From NCBI RefSeq assembly GCF_963921235.1, contig NC_086109.1, positions 36,520,001 through 36,584,000 of the forward strand: a DNA stretch of 64,000 bases. Direction: 5' to 3'. Shown one piece after another: positions 13,150-27,100 of this stretch. The translations under genes and the position numbers were made by a program. Positions within the stretch are counted from its first letter, which is position 1; every line of letters begins with the position of its first letter. This stretch comes from Mobula hypostoma (Eukaryota). A model generated the notes under the pieces. The model made no database searches. It was not told where the DNA came from and was given only the letters and a program-made list of their open reading frames with translations.

Positions 13150-13386
13150 TGTGGTAACCTCTACTTTGAAAAAGGACCACTCAACAATTTCATGCCCAAA
13201 AGAACGACTTTATCTAAACAACAAAACCGATATTTATATACAGAGGCTTTCACAACCCGTATGACATGGCAGGAACACTATATACAAAGCACACCGGAAG
13301 TGAAAAGAATGGAAGTAACTACCCCCCCCCCCCACCATTATCCTAATTAGTATTAACTTGCTTTTAATAATGCTCACATTAAAACA
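13150..13386 (-). repeat. 5' LTR of deleted Gypsy
   Basis: Direct repeat of 10994-11233, adjacent to the PBS. Confidence 0.95.
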
Positions 13387-13674
13387 CCTCCGTCATACTT
13401 CCACTTTCCTAGCCAGGCTACAATCATCCTTTCGGTGTCAGGCTGCCTCTGCCTCTAGGAATCTCCCAACTATTCAGTCACAAGCTAATTGCTATGCCTT
13501 TCATTAATGTCCAAAGACTGATATGATTTGTAATGAAAGTGTTCATTTTAAAACGTCCTGTTTGGAACACACTTCTGACAACAAATTTTAAAAATATACA
13601 ATCCGTCTTACGCAAATCACAAACGTTTCCTTAAAGAATGGCAGATCTGTATTTTGATTGTTCAAATGCCTTAC

Positions 13675-14870
13675 TTCACAATTTCCACCATCTACAGTGG
13701 GATTCCACCACCAGCCACAGCTTACCTTCCCTTTCATTTACCCCACCCCTTTCCTATTTTCCGCAGTGATCACTCTCTCAATGACTCCTTTGCCTAGTGA
13801 TCTCTCCGCCTCCCTGTAATGATCTGAGGTGCAGCACCCACTCACTCACTTCTATCCAGCACGTTAAACAGCCCTTCCAGATAAGGCTATGATCATTCAC
13901 ATGGCTTTATGTGTTGCATCCAGAATTCCTGTTGTGGCCTCCTCTACACTATTGGGATCAGACAGACTGGACAATCACTTCATTGAGCACCTTCACTCTG
14001 TCTGCTGTGGTTGTCGAGATCACTTGGTTCCCATCCATTCCCACATTGACACGTCTCTTCTTGGCCAAGTTGAGGCTAAACACAAACTAGAAGTACACCA
14101 TCTCATAATCCAGCTGGACAGCCTAAAGTTACTGTTGGCCACCACTATAGTGTAGTGTTTAGTGAGACTCGATTACCGCTCAGGGCGTCAAAGTTTGGAG
14201 TTCACTTCTGGTATCCTCTGTAAGCAAATTTGTATGTCCTTTCCGTGTGCACTTGGGTTTCCTCCAGGGGTCCAGGTTTCCTCCCACAGTCCAAAAACAT
14301 ACTGTTTTCTAGGCTACTTGGTCATTGTAAATTATCCCATGATGAGGCAAGGGTTTAATCAGTGAATTGCAGGTCAGAGAGTCTCAAAGTGCTGGAAGGG
14401 TCTGTTCCACACTGTATCTCTAAATAAAATTAAATCTAAGTAAAACATGGCAGCATGAATCCACTGGTTCTCCTCCTCTGGTTATCCCTCTGCCCTCTGC
14501 CCAATAGTCTTCCCCTTATTCCATGCCCCACCTTTCTCTCCCATTTGATTCGATCATCTTCAGCCCTTTAGCATTTTCAAGTCTCCCTTGACAACATCAA
14601 ACATCATTCCCACTCTCCCCTCTTCCATCTGCATATCAACAACACCCCCTTACCTGGATCCACCTGTGACCTGTCAGCTCTTGCTCTGTCTCTCTCCCCG
14701 CCACTCCCATTCTGACATTGGCTGTCTCCCCTCTTCCAGGTCAGATGAAGGGTCTTGACCTGAAATGTTGTTTATCCATTTTCTTGTGTTGATGCTGCCA
14801 GACCCACTGAGTTCTTCGAGCATCTTTTTATGTTACTCCTGACTTCAGCGTCTGCAGTCTCTTGTATCTC
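13675..14870 (+). mobile_element. Penelope-like element, decayed GIY-YIG 3' part + terminal repeat, interrupted by a SINE
   Basis: Degenerate ...CGLLY...RLDNHFIEHLHSV (GIY-YIG region); ends in the shared PLE terminus with a decayed hammerhead (cagatgaagggtcttgacctgaaatgttg, ~14742). Confidence 0.75.
14137..14435 (+). mobile_element. V-SINE (HE1-like)
   Basis: tRNA-like head, V-domain gggtttcctccaggggtccaggtttcctcccacagtccaaa, 3' ctgtatctctaaataaaa. Confidence 0.8.
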
Positions 14871-16020
14871 CAAATCTTTTTGCTCAGTTTTCCTGCAGCT
14901 ACTCATACTCATATTTACCTGCTACAATACCACAATTGAAACAAAAGCTGTCATGACCCCATTACAACTCTTAGTCACATCTCAATTTCTAGATATCTGT
15001 GAGAAATTAATCCTGATCACTCATATTTTTTGCGGTCTCAGGGTTTGATTGACTGAAGAAATAACCCAATCTTCTCCTTTCTTCCTAACCAACAACATCC
15101 AATGTGCAGAGAGAGAGAGAAAAGTAACTAACTGTGCAAACAATAAAAGTAAGGAATTAGCATTTAAAACGAAAGGGAGTCCTCAGACATGAAGCCCTGA
15201 GCAGGCACCCAGCCTCAACCTCAGTGCAGCAAAGAGTGGGGTAAAGCAGCAGGTTGCCTTTTCAATCCACCTGACCTGGCGTTTAAGTTGTCCAAACATC
15301 GTGTCATTCCTCACTCTAGGATCCAGGCTCTAGCTTTATAATGAGAGTAAGATCATTCAGCGTCTATTCAGAAGTTTTTACAAATCGCAGAAAGAATATC
15401 CCACCTTATTTGATAGATGGCTACGTCTATTAAAAATAAATTCTGACCTGATTTTGTAAGAAAAGCTATAATTTGGAAGGAAAGAAAGCTATAATTTAGA
15501 ATGGCGACTTCCACATCCCTTTAAGGACATCACCAGCATGTTAGAACCAATGGCATAGTGTGGTTAGCTCTGTAATAGAGGATTCATAATGAGCAATATG
15601 CTACATATGCTACAGCACGTTCCAACAAGCAAACTCAGGATATATTTTTAAGTAAATTAAATGTTAGAAGGGGCCCATGTAAAAGCAGCATCTCAAAAGC
15701 AGATGTGGAAATGTACATGGAGGTATGTAGCAAAGTGGCATAGCTGGACTTGAGCACGTTGCATTTCTGTGGCCCCATACAGGGAACTGAGGCAGTTCAA
15801 GCTGGATACAAAAGGTTACTGAACACCAGGACATTGTTCTGGCTCAGAGACAATGAATGGGATGCCTGGTAAGAATCATTAGATGACCAGAGCCATATAT
15901 CACCTGTCCCCTTATACCTTCTCAGATACTTGGTTGGTATGCATGAAATGCAAGTAATCATTGTTCATATTATTGGTCTGTGGCCAACCTGGGATGAACA
16001 AGAAGAAAATGAACAATGGT

Positions 16021-16665
16021 AAACAAGAGCAATGCTGCAGATGCTGGACATCCAAGCAACACACACAAGATGCTGTAGGAACTCAGTAGGCCAGGCAGGG
16101 TCTATGGAAAAGAGTACAGTCAATGTTTCGGGCTGAAACCCTTCGGCAGGACTGGAGGAAAAAAGATGAGGAGTCAGATTTAGATGGTGGGGGGAGGGGA
16201 GGGAGAAACCCAGGGTGATAGGTGAAACCAGAAAGAGTGGGAGGGGTGAAGTAAAGAGCTGAGAAATTGACTGATGAGGGAGGTACGGGGCTGGAGAAGG
16301 AGGAATCTAATAGGAGAGGACAGAAGGGTATGGAAGAAAGAAGAGGCAGAAGAGCACCAGAGGGAGATGATAGGCAGGCAAGGATATAAGGTGAGAGAGG
16401 GGAAAAGGGATGCGAAATGATGAGGGGGGTGCCATTACCAGAAGTTCAAGAAATCGATGTTCATGCCACCAGCTTGGAGGGTACCCAGACGGAATATAAC
16501 GCGTTGGTCCTCTAACTTGAGTGTGGCCTCATTGCGACAGTAGAGGAAGCCATGGATTGATGTGTCGGAATGGGAGTGGGATCCCAGTTTTTCTAGCGGA
16601 TGGAGCGTAGATGCTCAGTGAAGCGGTCTCCCTATGTACATCAGGTCTCACTGATATCCAGGAGG
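16021..16665 (-). mobile_element. Penelope-like element 3' fragment
   Basis: Same terminus (ctgcagatgctgga...caacacacac), pyrimidine-rich UTR on the minus strand, hammerhead variant at ~16119-16152. Confidence 0.8.
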
Positions 16666-18649
16666 AACAATAATAGTTGTTCAACTTTGCTCAGTAGAGA
16701 AGTTGTCTAGAGCACACACACAAACACAACTTCTCTACAACAGGTGATATATACTTACAATAACCCTGTGGCACTTGAAATAGACCTCAGCCCTGTATGA
16801 TTCTTTATTTTTCTCACTTTCCCACACTGTTAGGCACAGTCAGGTTAATGAGTCTTTAACAAATAATGGCAACGCTGTGGGATGCAATGTCAAATACTCA
16901 ACATGGACAACCTGATCACTGAGGAACAAGAAGCGACTGATGAGGCTGATTAATCTCTATAAATATTAACTAATCCTTGTCTCAAATTTTTCATTTGATG
17001 TTGTCTCAGGAGCTTTTTCCAGATGAAAATACCAGATTCCCAATATTCTCTTTGTGGACAGAACATTCTGAACCCTGAGCAGCAAAGTGGTGATTTTTGA
17101 TCCTTTTTTCTGTGTTTCTCTATTAGAGGAAATTGTTTCTTATTATCTGTCTTGGCACTGAAGGATCTTTTGGTTTATAAGCTGGAGCATAGGGTACACA
17201 ATCTATCTTCACAAATTAACCTCAGTATCGTGCTGACATGTTTGTTTCTTTACAATGTTACCAGTTCCTTGGTCACTGAACAAAACAAGAGGGGCACCAT
17301 ACTATATTTATGTTAGAGGGACTATTTAGTGAAGTGAAGCTCTAACATAGATTTGCATTTAATGGCTTCTTGGTGTAAAAATTTTTGAGGGATCACATCA
17401 TTTGCTCTACTCCAGATTTTGCAGTATTTCATCTTAAAGACTAAAATCATAGAAACTTCACAGACCAGGGATGCCGATTGCTGTAATTTTCTGAACTGGA
17501 TTACTGTTGAGCAGTCACCTCTGTTCACAAGATTTAGTTTTAAATGTCATTATAACATTTATTTTTTGTCATTAATTTATAATAAGAGAACATTGAAAAA
17601 TCCAATGGAATTTAAAAAAGATCCATTAGACTACAATAGTGAACTTAAAGCTAGTAGTAGTTATCCCACTCACCATTTATTCTATATTCTAGGAACCACT
17701 CCCCAAGTGAAATTATTTCCACTGTTGCAATTTTACATGGTGTATTATTTCATTACAGTGCTTCATCAGCAGAGGCACGGACACAACGCTTTAGTGTTTT
17801 AATGCATAATGTTACTTGCCCAGAGGGATTCATGCTTTTGGTGTTAAAGTTGCAGTTTTATAGGGAAATGAACAATAGGTTATCACGGGGGAAATGTGCT
17901 TTTCATATGGATATATGTATGTTATAAATAGATGAATTGCATATTAAAGTAGAATTGCAATTCTACAGGCTTGATGCAGGCAAAGCTGGCATAACCCAGA
18001 AGTAACAGGAAACCTGTAAGTTAATTGTGTTGTCTAGATTATAAAGAAATAGTCTTTGGTTTTGTAGAGAACGTTTTCACATGATGAGTTCAATTCATAA
18101 CTGTTCCCCAAAATATACAAACAGCGATCCAGTTAAAATATTGTTCCTAATGACTGTCAGTCCTGACTGCATGTAGTTTAAAATTTGGCTCTTTGAATAA
18201 TGGACTAAGTACAGATAATGTGGTCCCACATTCAATTCAAATGTCAATTATCAGGCTACCCAAAGAAACCACAGTTCATGGTCATGATAAGAGAACATAC
18301 TAAAGTTCTTCATGAAGCAAAACTTAATAATATGATTTATTGAAGGAACTTATTTGCACTTCAATGGCTTGTTTCTAAGGTTAGGGTGCCATGGTAGTGT
18401 AGTGGTTGGCACAATGCTTTACTGTGCCAGTGACCAGGGTTCATTTTCAGCCTCTGTCTATAAAGAAGTTTGTGCATTCTCCACTTGATAGGAGGGTTTC
18501 CTCTGGGTGCTCTGCTTTCAATATCTTCCCACAGTCTGAAGGTGTACTGGTTGGTAGCACATAGAACATAGAACATAGAATAGTACAGCACACTACAGGC
18601 CCTTCGGCCCACAATGTTGTGCTGACCCTCAAACGCTGCCTCCCATATA

Positions 18650-21410
18650 AGCTCCCAATTTAAATTCCTCCATATACCTGTCCAGTAGTCTCTTAAACTT
18701 CACTAGTGTATCTGCCTCTACCACTGACTCAGGCAGTGCATTCCACGCACAACCACTCTCTGAGTAAAAAACCTTCCTCTAATATCCCCCTTGAACTTCC
18801 CACCCATTACCTTAAAGCCATGTCCTCTTGTATTGAGCAGTGGTGCTCTGGGGAAGAGGCGCTGGCTATCCACTCTATCTATTCCTCTTATTATCTTGTA
18901 CACCTCTATTATGTCTCCTCTCATCCTCCTTCTCTCCAAAGAGTAAAGCCCTAGCTCCCTTAATTTCTGATAATAATGCGTACACTCTAAACCAGGCAGC
19001 ATCCTGGTAAATCTCCTCTATACCCTTTCCAATGCGTCCACATCCTTCCTATAGTGAGGCAACCAGAACTGGACACAGTACTCCAAGTGTGGCCTAACCA
19101 GAGTTTTATAGAGCTACATCATTACATCGCGACTCTTAATCTCTATCCCTCGACTTATGAAAGCTAACACCCCATAAGCTTTCTTACCTACCCTATACAC
19201 CTGTTAGGCAACTTTCAGTGATCTGTGCTCATGTACCCCCAGATCTGTCTGCTTCTCCACACTACCAAGTATCCTGCTATTTACTTTGTACTCTGCCTTG
19301 GAGTTTGTCCTTCCAAAGTGTACCACCTCACACTTCTCCGGGTTGAACTCCATCTGCCACTTCTCAGCCCACTTCTGCATCCTATCATTGTCTCTCTGCA
19401 ATCTTTAACAATCCTCTACACTATCTACAACACCACCAAACTTTGTGTCGTCTGCAAACTTGCCAACCCACCCTTCTACCCCAACATCCAGGTCATTAAT
19501 AAAAATCAAGAAAAGTAGAGGTCCCAGAACAGATCCTTGTGGGACACCACTAGTCACAATCCTCCAATCTGAATGTACCCCCTCCACCATGACCCTCTGC
19601 CTTCTGCAGGCAAGCCAATTCTGAATCCACCTTGCCAAACTTCCCTGGATCCCATGCCTTTTGACTTTCTGAATAAGCCTACCATGTGGAACCTTGTCAA
19701 ATGCCTTAGTAAAATCCATATAGATCACATCCACTGCACTACCCACATCTATATGCCCGGTCATCTCCTCAATGAACTCTATCAGGCTTGTTAGACACGA
19801 TCTGCCCTTCGCAAAGCCATGCTGACTGTGCCTGATCAGACCATGATTCTCTAAATGCCTATAGATCCTATCTCTAAGAATCTTTTCCAACAGCTTTCCC
19901 ACCGCAGACGTAAGGCTCACTGGTCTATAATTACCCGGACTACCCCTACTGCCTTTTTTGAACAAGGGGACAACATTCGCCTCCCTCCAATCCTCCGGTA
20001 CCATTCCCCTGGACAACGAGGACATAAAGATCCTAGCCAGAGGCTCAGCAATCTCTTCTCTCGCCTCGTGGAGCAGCCTGGGGAATATTCCGTCAGGCCC
20101 TGGGGACTTATCTGTCCTAATATATTTTAACAAATCCAACACCTCCTCTCCCTTAATATCAGCATGCTTCAGAACATCAACCTCACTCATATTGTCCTCA
20201 CCATCATCAAGTTCCCTCTCATTGGTGAATACCGAAGAGAAGTATTCATTGAGGACCTCGCTCACTTCCACAGCCTCCAGGCACATCTTCCCACCTTTAT
20301 CTCTAATCGGTCCTACCTTCACTCCTGTCATCCTTTTTCTCTTCATATAATTGAAGAATGCCTTGGGGTTTTCCTTTACCCTACTCGCCAAGGGATTCTC
20401 ATGCCCCCTTCTTGCTCTTCTCAGCCCCTTCTTAAGCTCCTTTCTTGCTTCCCTATATTCCTCAATAAACCCATCTGATCCTTGCTTCCTAAACCTCATG
20501 TATGCTGCCTTCTTCCACCTGACTAGATTTTCCACCTCACTTGTCACCCATGGTTCCTTCACCCTACCATTCTTTATCTTCCTCAGCTGGACAAATTTAT
20601 CCCTAACATCCTGCAAGGGATCTCTAAACATCGACCACTTGTCCATAGTACATTTCCCTGCAAAAACATGTTTCCAATTCACACCCGTAAGTTCTAGCCT
20701 TATAGCCTCATAACTTACCTTTCCCCAATTAAAAAATTTCCTGTCCTGTCTGATTTTATCCTTTTCCATGATAATGCTAAAGGCCAGGGAGTAGTGGTTA
20801 CTCCCCCCAGATGCTCACCTACTGAGAGATCTGTGACCTGACCCGGTTCATTACCTAGTACTAGATCTAGTATGGCATTTCCCCTAGTCGGCCTGTCCAC
20901 ATACTGTGACAGGAATCCATACTGGACACACTTAACAAACTCTGCCCCATCTAAACCCTTGGAACTGATCAGGTGTCAATCAATATTAGGGAAGTTAAAG
21001 TCACCCGTGATAACAACCCTGTTATTTTTGCACCTTTCCAAAATCTGCCTCCCAATCTGCTCCTCTGTATCTTTGCTGCTACCAGGGGGCCTATAGAATA
21101 CCCCCAGTAGAGTAACTGCTCCCTTCCTGTTCCTGACTTCCACCCATGTTGACTCAAAAGAGGATCCTGCTACATTACCCACCCTTTCTGTAGCTGTAAT
21201 AGTATCCCTGATCAGTAATGCCACCCCTCCTCCCCTTTTTCTACCCTCTCTATCCCTTTTAAAGCACTGAAATCCAGCAATATTGAGAATCCATTTCTGC
21301 CCTGGTGGTAGCCAAGTCTCTGTAATGGCCACTGCATCATAATTCCGTGTATGTAACCAAGCTCTGTTCATCATTTTTGCTCCTGATGCTTCTTACATTG
21401 AGGTACACAC
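18650..21410 (-). pseudogene. CR1 ORF2 (APE endonuclease + RT), disrupted
   Basis: [63 protein letters not shown]; several stops and frameshifts. Confidence 0.92.
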
Positions 21411-21551
21411 ATTTCAGCCCTTCTACCTTACTGTCTTTACACCATTTATTCTGCTTCTCTTTTCTCAAAGCTTCTCTATATGTTAGATCTGGCTTTACTC
21501 CATGCACTTCTTTCACTGCTCTATCGCTCTGGGTCCCATCCCCCTTGCAAA

Positions 21552-22486
21552 TTAGTTTAAACCCTCCTGAACCATGCTAGCAAACCTACCTGCAAGGATA
21601 TTGCTCCCCCTCGAGTTCAGGTGCAATCCATCCAATCTGTACAGGTCTCACCTTCCCCAGAAGAGATCCCAATGATCTAAAAATCTAAAACCCTGCTCCC
21701 TGCACCAACTCCTCAGCAACGCATTCAACTGCCATCTCCTCCAATTCTTACCATCACTGTCACGTAGCACTGGCAGCAATCCTGAGAACGCCACCCTTGA
21801 GGTCCTGTTCTTCAGCCTCCTGCCTAATTCCCAAAACTCACACTTCAGGACCTCATCCCTCTTCCTTCCCATGTAGTTGGTCCCAACGTGTATCACGACT
21901 TCTGGTTTGTATCCCTCTCGTACCAGGATGTCGTGCACCCGGTCAGAGACATCCCAGACCCTGGCACCCGGGAGGCAACAAACCATGCAGGTGTCCTTCT
22001 CATATCCACAAAATCTCCTGTCTGCTCCCCTGACTATAAAGTCTCCAATGACGACAGCTCTCCTCTTCTCCGTCCCACCCTTCTGCACCACAGGGTCAGA
22101 CTCAGTGCCGGAGGCCCTGCCACTGTGGCTCACACCTGGTCCCCACCAACAGTATCCAGGACGGTAAACTTATTCTTCAGGGGAATGGCTACAGAGGTGC
22201 TCTGCACTATCTGTCTGCTCACCTTCACTTTCCCCCCTCTGACTGTCACACAACGACCTGCTTCCGACAGCCTAGGTGTAACTACCTCCCTGTAGCTCTC
22301 ATCAATGACTGCCTCATTCTCCCTTATGAGTCGAAGGTCATCCAGCTGCTGCTCCAGATTCCTTACACGGTCTTCCAGATCGCCCAGCCATATGCACTTC
22401 TGGCAGATGTGACTCTGAGGGAGAGGGGCGTTCCCCCAAGTCTGCCACATCTCACATGAGAGGCACATCACCATCTCAGGAGGCAT
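21552..22486 (-). pseudogene. CR1 ORF1 (CxxC..CxxC zinc finger, coiled coil, SGNH esterase-like domain)
   Basis: MPPEMVMCLSCEMW...CQKC...LEDRVRNLEQQLDDL; after a frameshift at ~22135, VIGDFIVRG...HVGTN...DGLHLN; one internal stop at 21648. Confidence 0.88.
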
Positions 22487-23269
22487 TCTAAAGACTAACT
22501 GCGAGCAAGCTTGTCCTCCGCCTCTTCTCTTCGAAGCCTCTCGAGTCAAAGCCTCAAAGCTCAACTCCTTCACTGGCCCACTCACTCACTGGCCGCTTGG
22601 TAGGTTAATGGGTCAGTGTAAATTGTCCTATGATTAGACCAAAGTTAAATCAGGGGTTGCTGGGCAGTCTGGCTCAAAGGAGCAGAAGGGCCTATTCCAC
22701 ACTGTATCTCAGTTAAAATAAAACATATTAAACATTATTATTTTTTGATTTAAATGTTTGATTGTGGAAGACTTTCTCTTATAATTGCAATGGACGTCCT
22801 GTCATCAGTAACTGGAATTCTCCCATTGAATTAAAAAAATCCAGCTTTCACTCTTGAAGCTACACAATGATAAACTTAATTTTTCATTGTAATATCTTGC
22901 GGTTCTCTGGAACAGAACCAGACATCTTCCTAATCAGCTGTCAATCTTAATTGTTCGATGTAGCACTCAGGCTTGGAACTGCTCCTCTATTTCTTGGATA
23001 AAATTGAAAATATAGTTGATGTGATATTTCTTCAGGAAAAGCTGCAAATTATCATTTGATTGCAACATGATTTAGGAGAATATGGTGGAGGGCAATTTGG
23101 TGAAGCTGTCATTTTTGACAATTGTTTGAAAATGTTAATGGACTAACAGTCACGAGGACCATTTTCCAAGCTAACTTTTAGAAAACACATTTTCTTTGAA
23201 TTAATTCTCTCTGGTATTTGATATTCTCCAGTGTTAAATTATCAGCTTGATTCGCATTCCTCACTTTTC

Positions 23270-23400
23270 AAAATGTGGGTTCTGTCTTCACTCCAGGAGT
23301 TAATGACATAATCTAGCCTAACATTTCGGAGCACCACTGAACCAAATCAGCACTGTCGAAATTGCTGCCTTGTGGACAGAGAATTAAACCAAGACCTTGT
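23270..23400 (+). mobile_element. Ancient DeuSINE-like (SacSINE1-type) fragment
   Basis: tgtgggttc...cactccagga...acataatctagcctaaca...gcactgtcg...ttaaaccaagacc resembles the DeuSINE 5' half; highly diverged. Confidence 0.5.
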
Positions 23401-23671
23401 TCATTTGTCATTGGAAAATTAAAAACACTGGGGTTAGGTGTACACTTATTTACTTTAACTATAGCAGAATTAAGGTTTGGGAAGTCTTATACACATTACA
23501 CCCAAAATTATTTGCTTTTATGTTTTCCATAATCCTGCTAATTTATGATTTAGTTAGTCAGAACAAGCCCACAGGTTGAAATGGGTGAAATGGGAAGATT
23601 GTGGCAATTGCTCTATGGCACAAAGGTTATTCAAATATTTTTGTTTTGGTTTTAGCTACATAGACTGTAGC

Positions 23672-24104
23672 TGATAAGAGCTCAGTAATGGCCCAGGTAC
23701 AGAGGGAGAGACACAGACACAGAATGAACCGTTTACTGAGTTTTACTAAGAACTGTATAGAACAAAGGGGGAAAAAAAAAGGTCAACAGGGTCACTAACT
23801 AAAAACTAATCCTGACACTGCGGCTCAGAAACAGTAACCTAGAACTAAATTAACACCACACCTTTAACAGCATCTCTCTAAATCACTAATTTTCTTTCCT
23901 GGAATGAAAGCAGGGAGCATGTGTCGCTGTGCTTTGATCGAGACTTGACAAGACTGAAACAACAGGAAGAGAGTTAAATGCAGTTACAAAGAAACCCTAC
24001 TTGGCTGGAATGTGTTCACATTCTCACATGGGTGATTGTAGTCTTCTTCAGCTGCCCACCTGCAAGAGCACCTAGACTCTGTGGCAGTGTCTGTGGTTAT
24101 GATA
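23672..24104 (-). repeat. 3' LTR of the chromovirus
   Basis: Diverged direct repeat of 28396-28705, next to the PPT. Confidence 0.88.
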
Positions 24105-27100
24105 GGGCCCCCCTCCCTAGGTGCAGCTTTAGAGGGGACCAAGGCCTGTGCCTACTGGAAGTCCCAGATGAGAGATCTATCAAGGATGTGTCAAGCCAAA
24201 ACCCAAGAATATTCCTCTGGGCCATACTCCTCCAAGTCAACAAGGAATAATAGGAGTATGGCCGAAAGAAACATATCCCTTGCACCCTGTGAGACACTAG
24301 GATGTGTTGCACAGAGTAGAACATCCACTAAGCAGAGAGAAGGGGGAGGAAGTCACTGGCTTGAGCTGGGAAACATGGAACACTGGGTAAATCTTCATGG
24401 ATGATGGTAGGCATAGAATTTAGGAGCCTCAGCTGATAGCCTTTTTCACTATGAATTGTCCCGTGTAGCGTGGGTCTAACTTTCAGCTCTCTATTCTTAA
24501 TTCAAGACCTCTAGATATCAGCAAGACTTTTTCCCCTAGCTTGAGAGGCCTCATCTGTCAGTTGAGCTGATCAGCCTGCAGGGTATATTGTTTCTGAGTA
24601 CTCAGCAGAGAAGCCTGGCCCATCTCCACGTGCACTTGTAGCTTTGAACCAACTGTTCATCAGCAGGGACTACTACGTCAATCTCTTCATCAGGGAAGAG
24701 TGGTGGCAGGAATCCCTTTTGGCACTCAAAGTGGGACATGCCAGTGGAGGAACACTGGAGGTTATTGGGGGCAATCTCTGTCCAAACTATTTGTGAGCTC
24801 CAGGCTGTGGAGTTGGAAGAGACAAGTCAGTGCAGGGTTGTCTCCAGCTCCTGATTCACTCTCTCATAGCAATGGAAACCTGATGAGAAGCTGGCTGTAG
24901 TTTCCAAAAGAAAACAGAAAGTGTTCCAAAAACAGGACGTGAGCTGTGGTCCTCAGTCTGGCACTATGACCTAAGGGAAGCTGTGCAGTCTGAACATGTG
25001 AGCAATGGGAGCTTGAGGAGAGCAATGAAGTAGGCTGCTTTAGAGAACTGGTGCACGTCAAACAGAATAGATGTGTTCCCATCTGATGGAGGTAGACCAC
25101 TAAGAAAATCCACCCAGAGGTAGGACCAGGGGTGGTAAGGCACAGGTATTAGACAGGAGCATGTGAGCAGGGCACTAATGTGATGTCTTGTTCTGGGCAG
25201 AAGAGGGACAGGCAGAGGCAAAGCTATGAACATTTTGGGATATAGACTGCCACCAAAATCATTTCTTTATAAATTCCAGGGTCCATTAAATTCCTGGGTG
25301 TCCAAACAGAAGGGAAGAGCAACTCCACTGCAACAGTCTGGAGTGCAGAATGACAGAGACAAATAGCTAGTTCCCCCATCTGGGCCTTGATATCTGTTTG
25401 TATTTCCCCAAATCACTGGTGTAGCTATGCATGTGTGGGGAAGGATGGGCTTTGGATTGACTTTGTCCTCGGAGGTGTGAAACGAGCAGGAGAGAGGATC
25501 AGCCCTTGGTATTCTTACTGCCAGGATGGTGGGTGAGGTTGAGGTTAAACTGGGTGAAGAAGAGAGCCCAACGGACTTGATGACAGTTGAGTCTCTTGGT
25601 GTCACAAATGTAGAACGTAGAAGAGGTTGTTCTACCAGGAAGTGGTGCTTTGATCCCTCCAGTTTGTGTCACCATATCTCCAGTGCCTCTTGACAACCAG
25701 AAGTTTTTAGTTCCCAACATCATAGTTACACTCTGCAGAAGTCAAGCAATGGGGAAAAAAAGGAAAGAGGTGCAGCTAATTATTTACTGAAGAGCACTGC
25801 GAGATTACATGCCCACATCAGATGCATTAAACTTAATGATGAATGGATGGGATGCATCTGGACTTTGCAACACTGAGGCAGTGGTGAAGTAATGCATCAG
25901 TTCTGAAAATGCTTGGTCTGTATCACTTTTCCTTTGGAATCCTGCAGAGTCCTTCTTGCTGAGGGCATTTATGGGAGCCGCAATGGAACTGCATTTTCTG
26001 ATGAAGTGGCGATAACGTTTTGCAAACCCTATGTAGCGCCTCACCTGTTGACCGTAACTGGTTGGGTCACTCTGTGATTGCCTGAACTTTACATTGGTCC
26101 ATTTGAACACTGGAAGGGGTGTGGATGTAGGCCAAGAATGACACTTGTTCTTTGTGGAACTCTTTTCTGGCCTCACATAAAGGTTGTTCTCAAGGAGCCG
26201 TCTGAAAACCTTCTGGACATGTTGGAAGTGATACTGGTGAAAGCGATACTGGTGAAAGCAGGGATAAGTAAGAATGTCATCCAAGTACACAAGAAGAAGA
26301 AACACAATCTGATTCAATATGTCCCAGAGCACATCTTTGAAAAACAGCAGGGCCAGGCCAAATAGCATCACAAGGTACTCATAATGACAGTAGGGGTGTT
26401 GAATGTGGTCTTCCATTCTTTCCTTTCTAGGATGCAAACCAGGTTGTAGGCATTGCACAGATCTATCTTAGAGAATATGGTTGCTCCCTGGGGAAGTTCA
26501 AATACAGAGGCAAGCAGGGGAAGAGGGTAGCAGTTCTTCGCCGTGATGTTGTTGGGGGGCCGATAATCAATGCAGGGATGGAGATTTCCATCTTTATTAC
26601 TCAAAAAATCAGAAGCCCATCCCTGCTGCTGAGTTAGATGGACAGATAAATCCTGAGGTCAATCCCTCCTTGATGTACTCTTCAATGGCCACTGCTTCAG
26701 GATGAGAAAGGAAAAAGAGCCAACTCCGAGGAGGACTAGAACCAGATAAAAGGTCAATGGCACAGTTGTGCGGCCAATGTAGAGGCATGGAGTTGGCCAC
26801 CTTCTTACTAAAGACCTTAAGAAGGTCAACATATTCAGCTGGAACACCAGATACTGTAGGTCCTTACTAGCAGTTGGCTCAGCAGGATACATACCGACAA
26901 GGGCTTGGGCTGGACGCAGAGAGTTCAGCTGACATGCTGGTCCCCATTCTTGGAGCACCTTTAGAAACCAATTGATTCATGGGTTGTATTGAGAGAGCCA
27001 AGGAAGAGCAAGGATCAACAGGATAGTAGGAGAGCTGTTTTCTATGGTTGCCTTCTCGCAGGTGTTGGAGGGGTACTGTGGAAATGCTGAACATCCAGAG

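Larger units (their letters stand above)
10994..13386 (-). mobile_element. Gypsy LTR retrotransposon, internally deleted (LTR-PBS-RNaseH-IN-PPT-LTR)
   Basis: TG...CA LTRs 10994-11233 and 13150-13386; 5-bp TSD cctcc; PBS-like tggcgacaagg at ~13133-13143; PPT at ~11234-11250. Confidence 0.95.
18558..22596 (-). mobile_element. Near full-length CR1 LINE (subfamily B)
   Basis: 7-bp TSD ttggtag (18551-18557, 22597-22603); (CATAGAA)n tail; ORF1 and ORF2 remnants in the expected order. Confidence 0.95.
18383..22722 (+). mobile_element. V-SINE split by a CR1 (parts 18383-18557 and 22597-22722)
   Basis: A/B-box head and V-domain before the CR1, SINE 3' half after it; joined through TSD ttggtag. Confidence 0.85.

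Noticed and set aside
17949..17966. Perfect 18-bp palindrome gtagaattgcaattctac
   Set aside because: A 9-bp-arm palindrome is plausible by chance in 64 kb of AT-rich DNA; no supporting context.
17969..18015. Possible exon (tacag...gtaagt)
   Set aside because: 47 bp (not frame-preserving) with a poor polypyrimidine tract.
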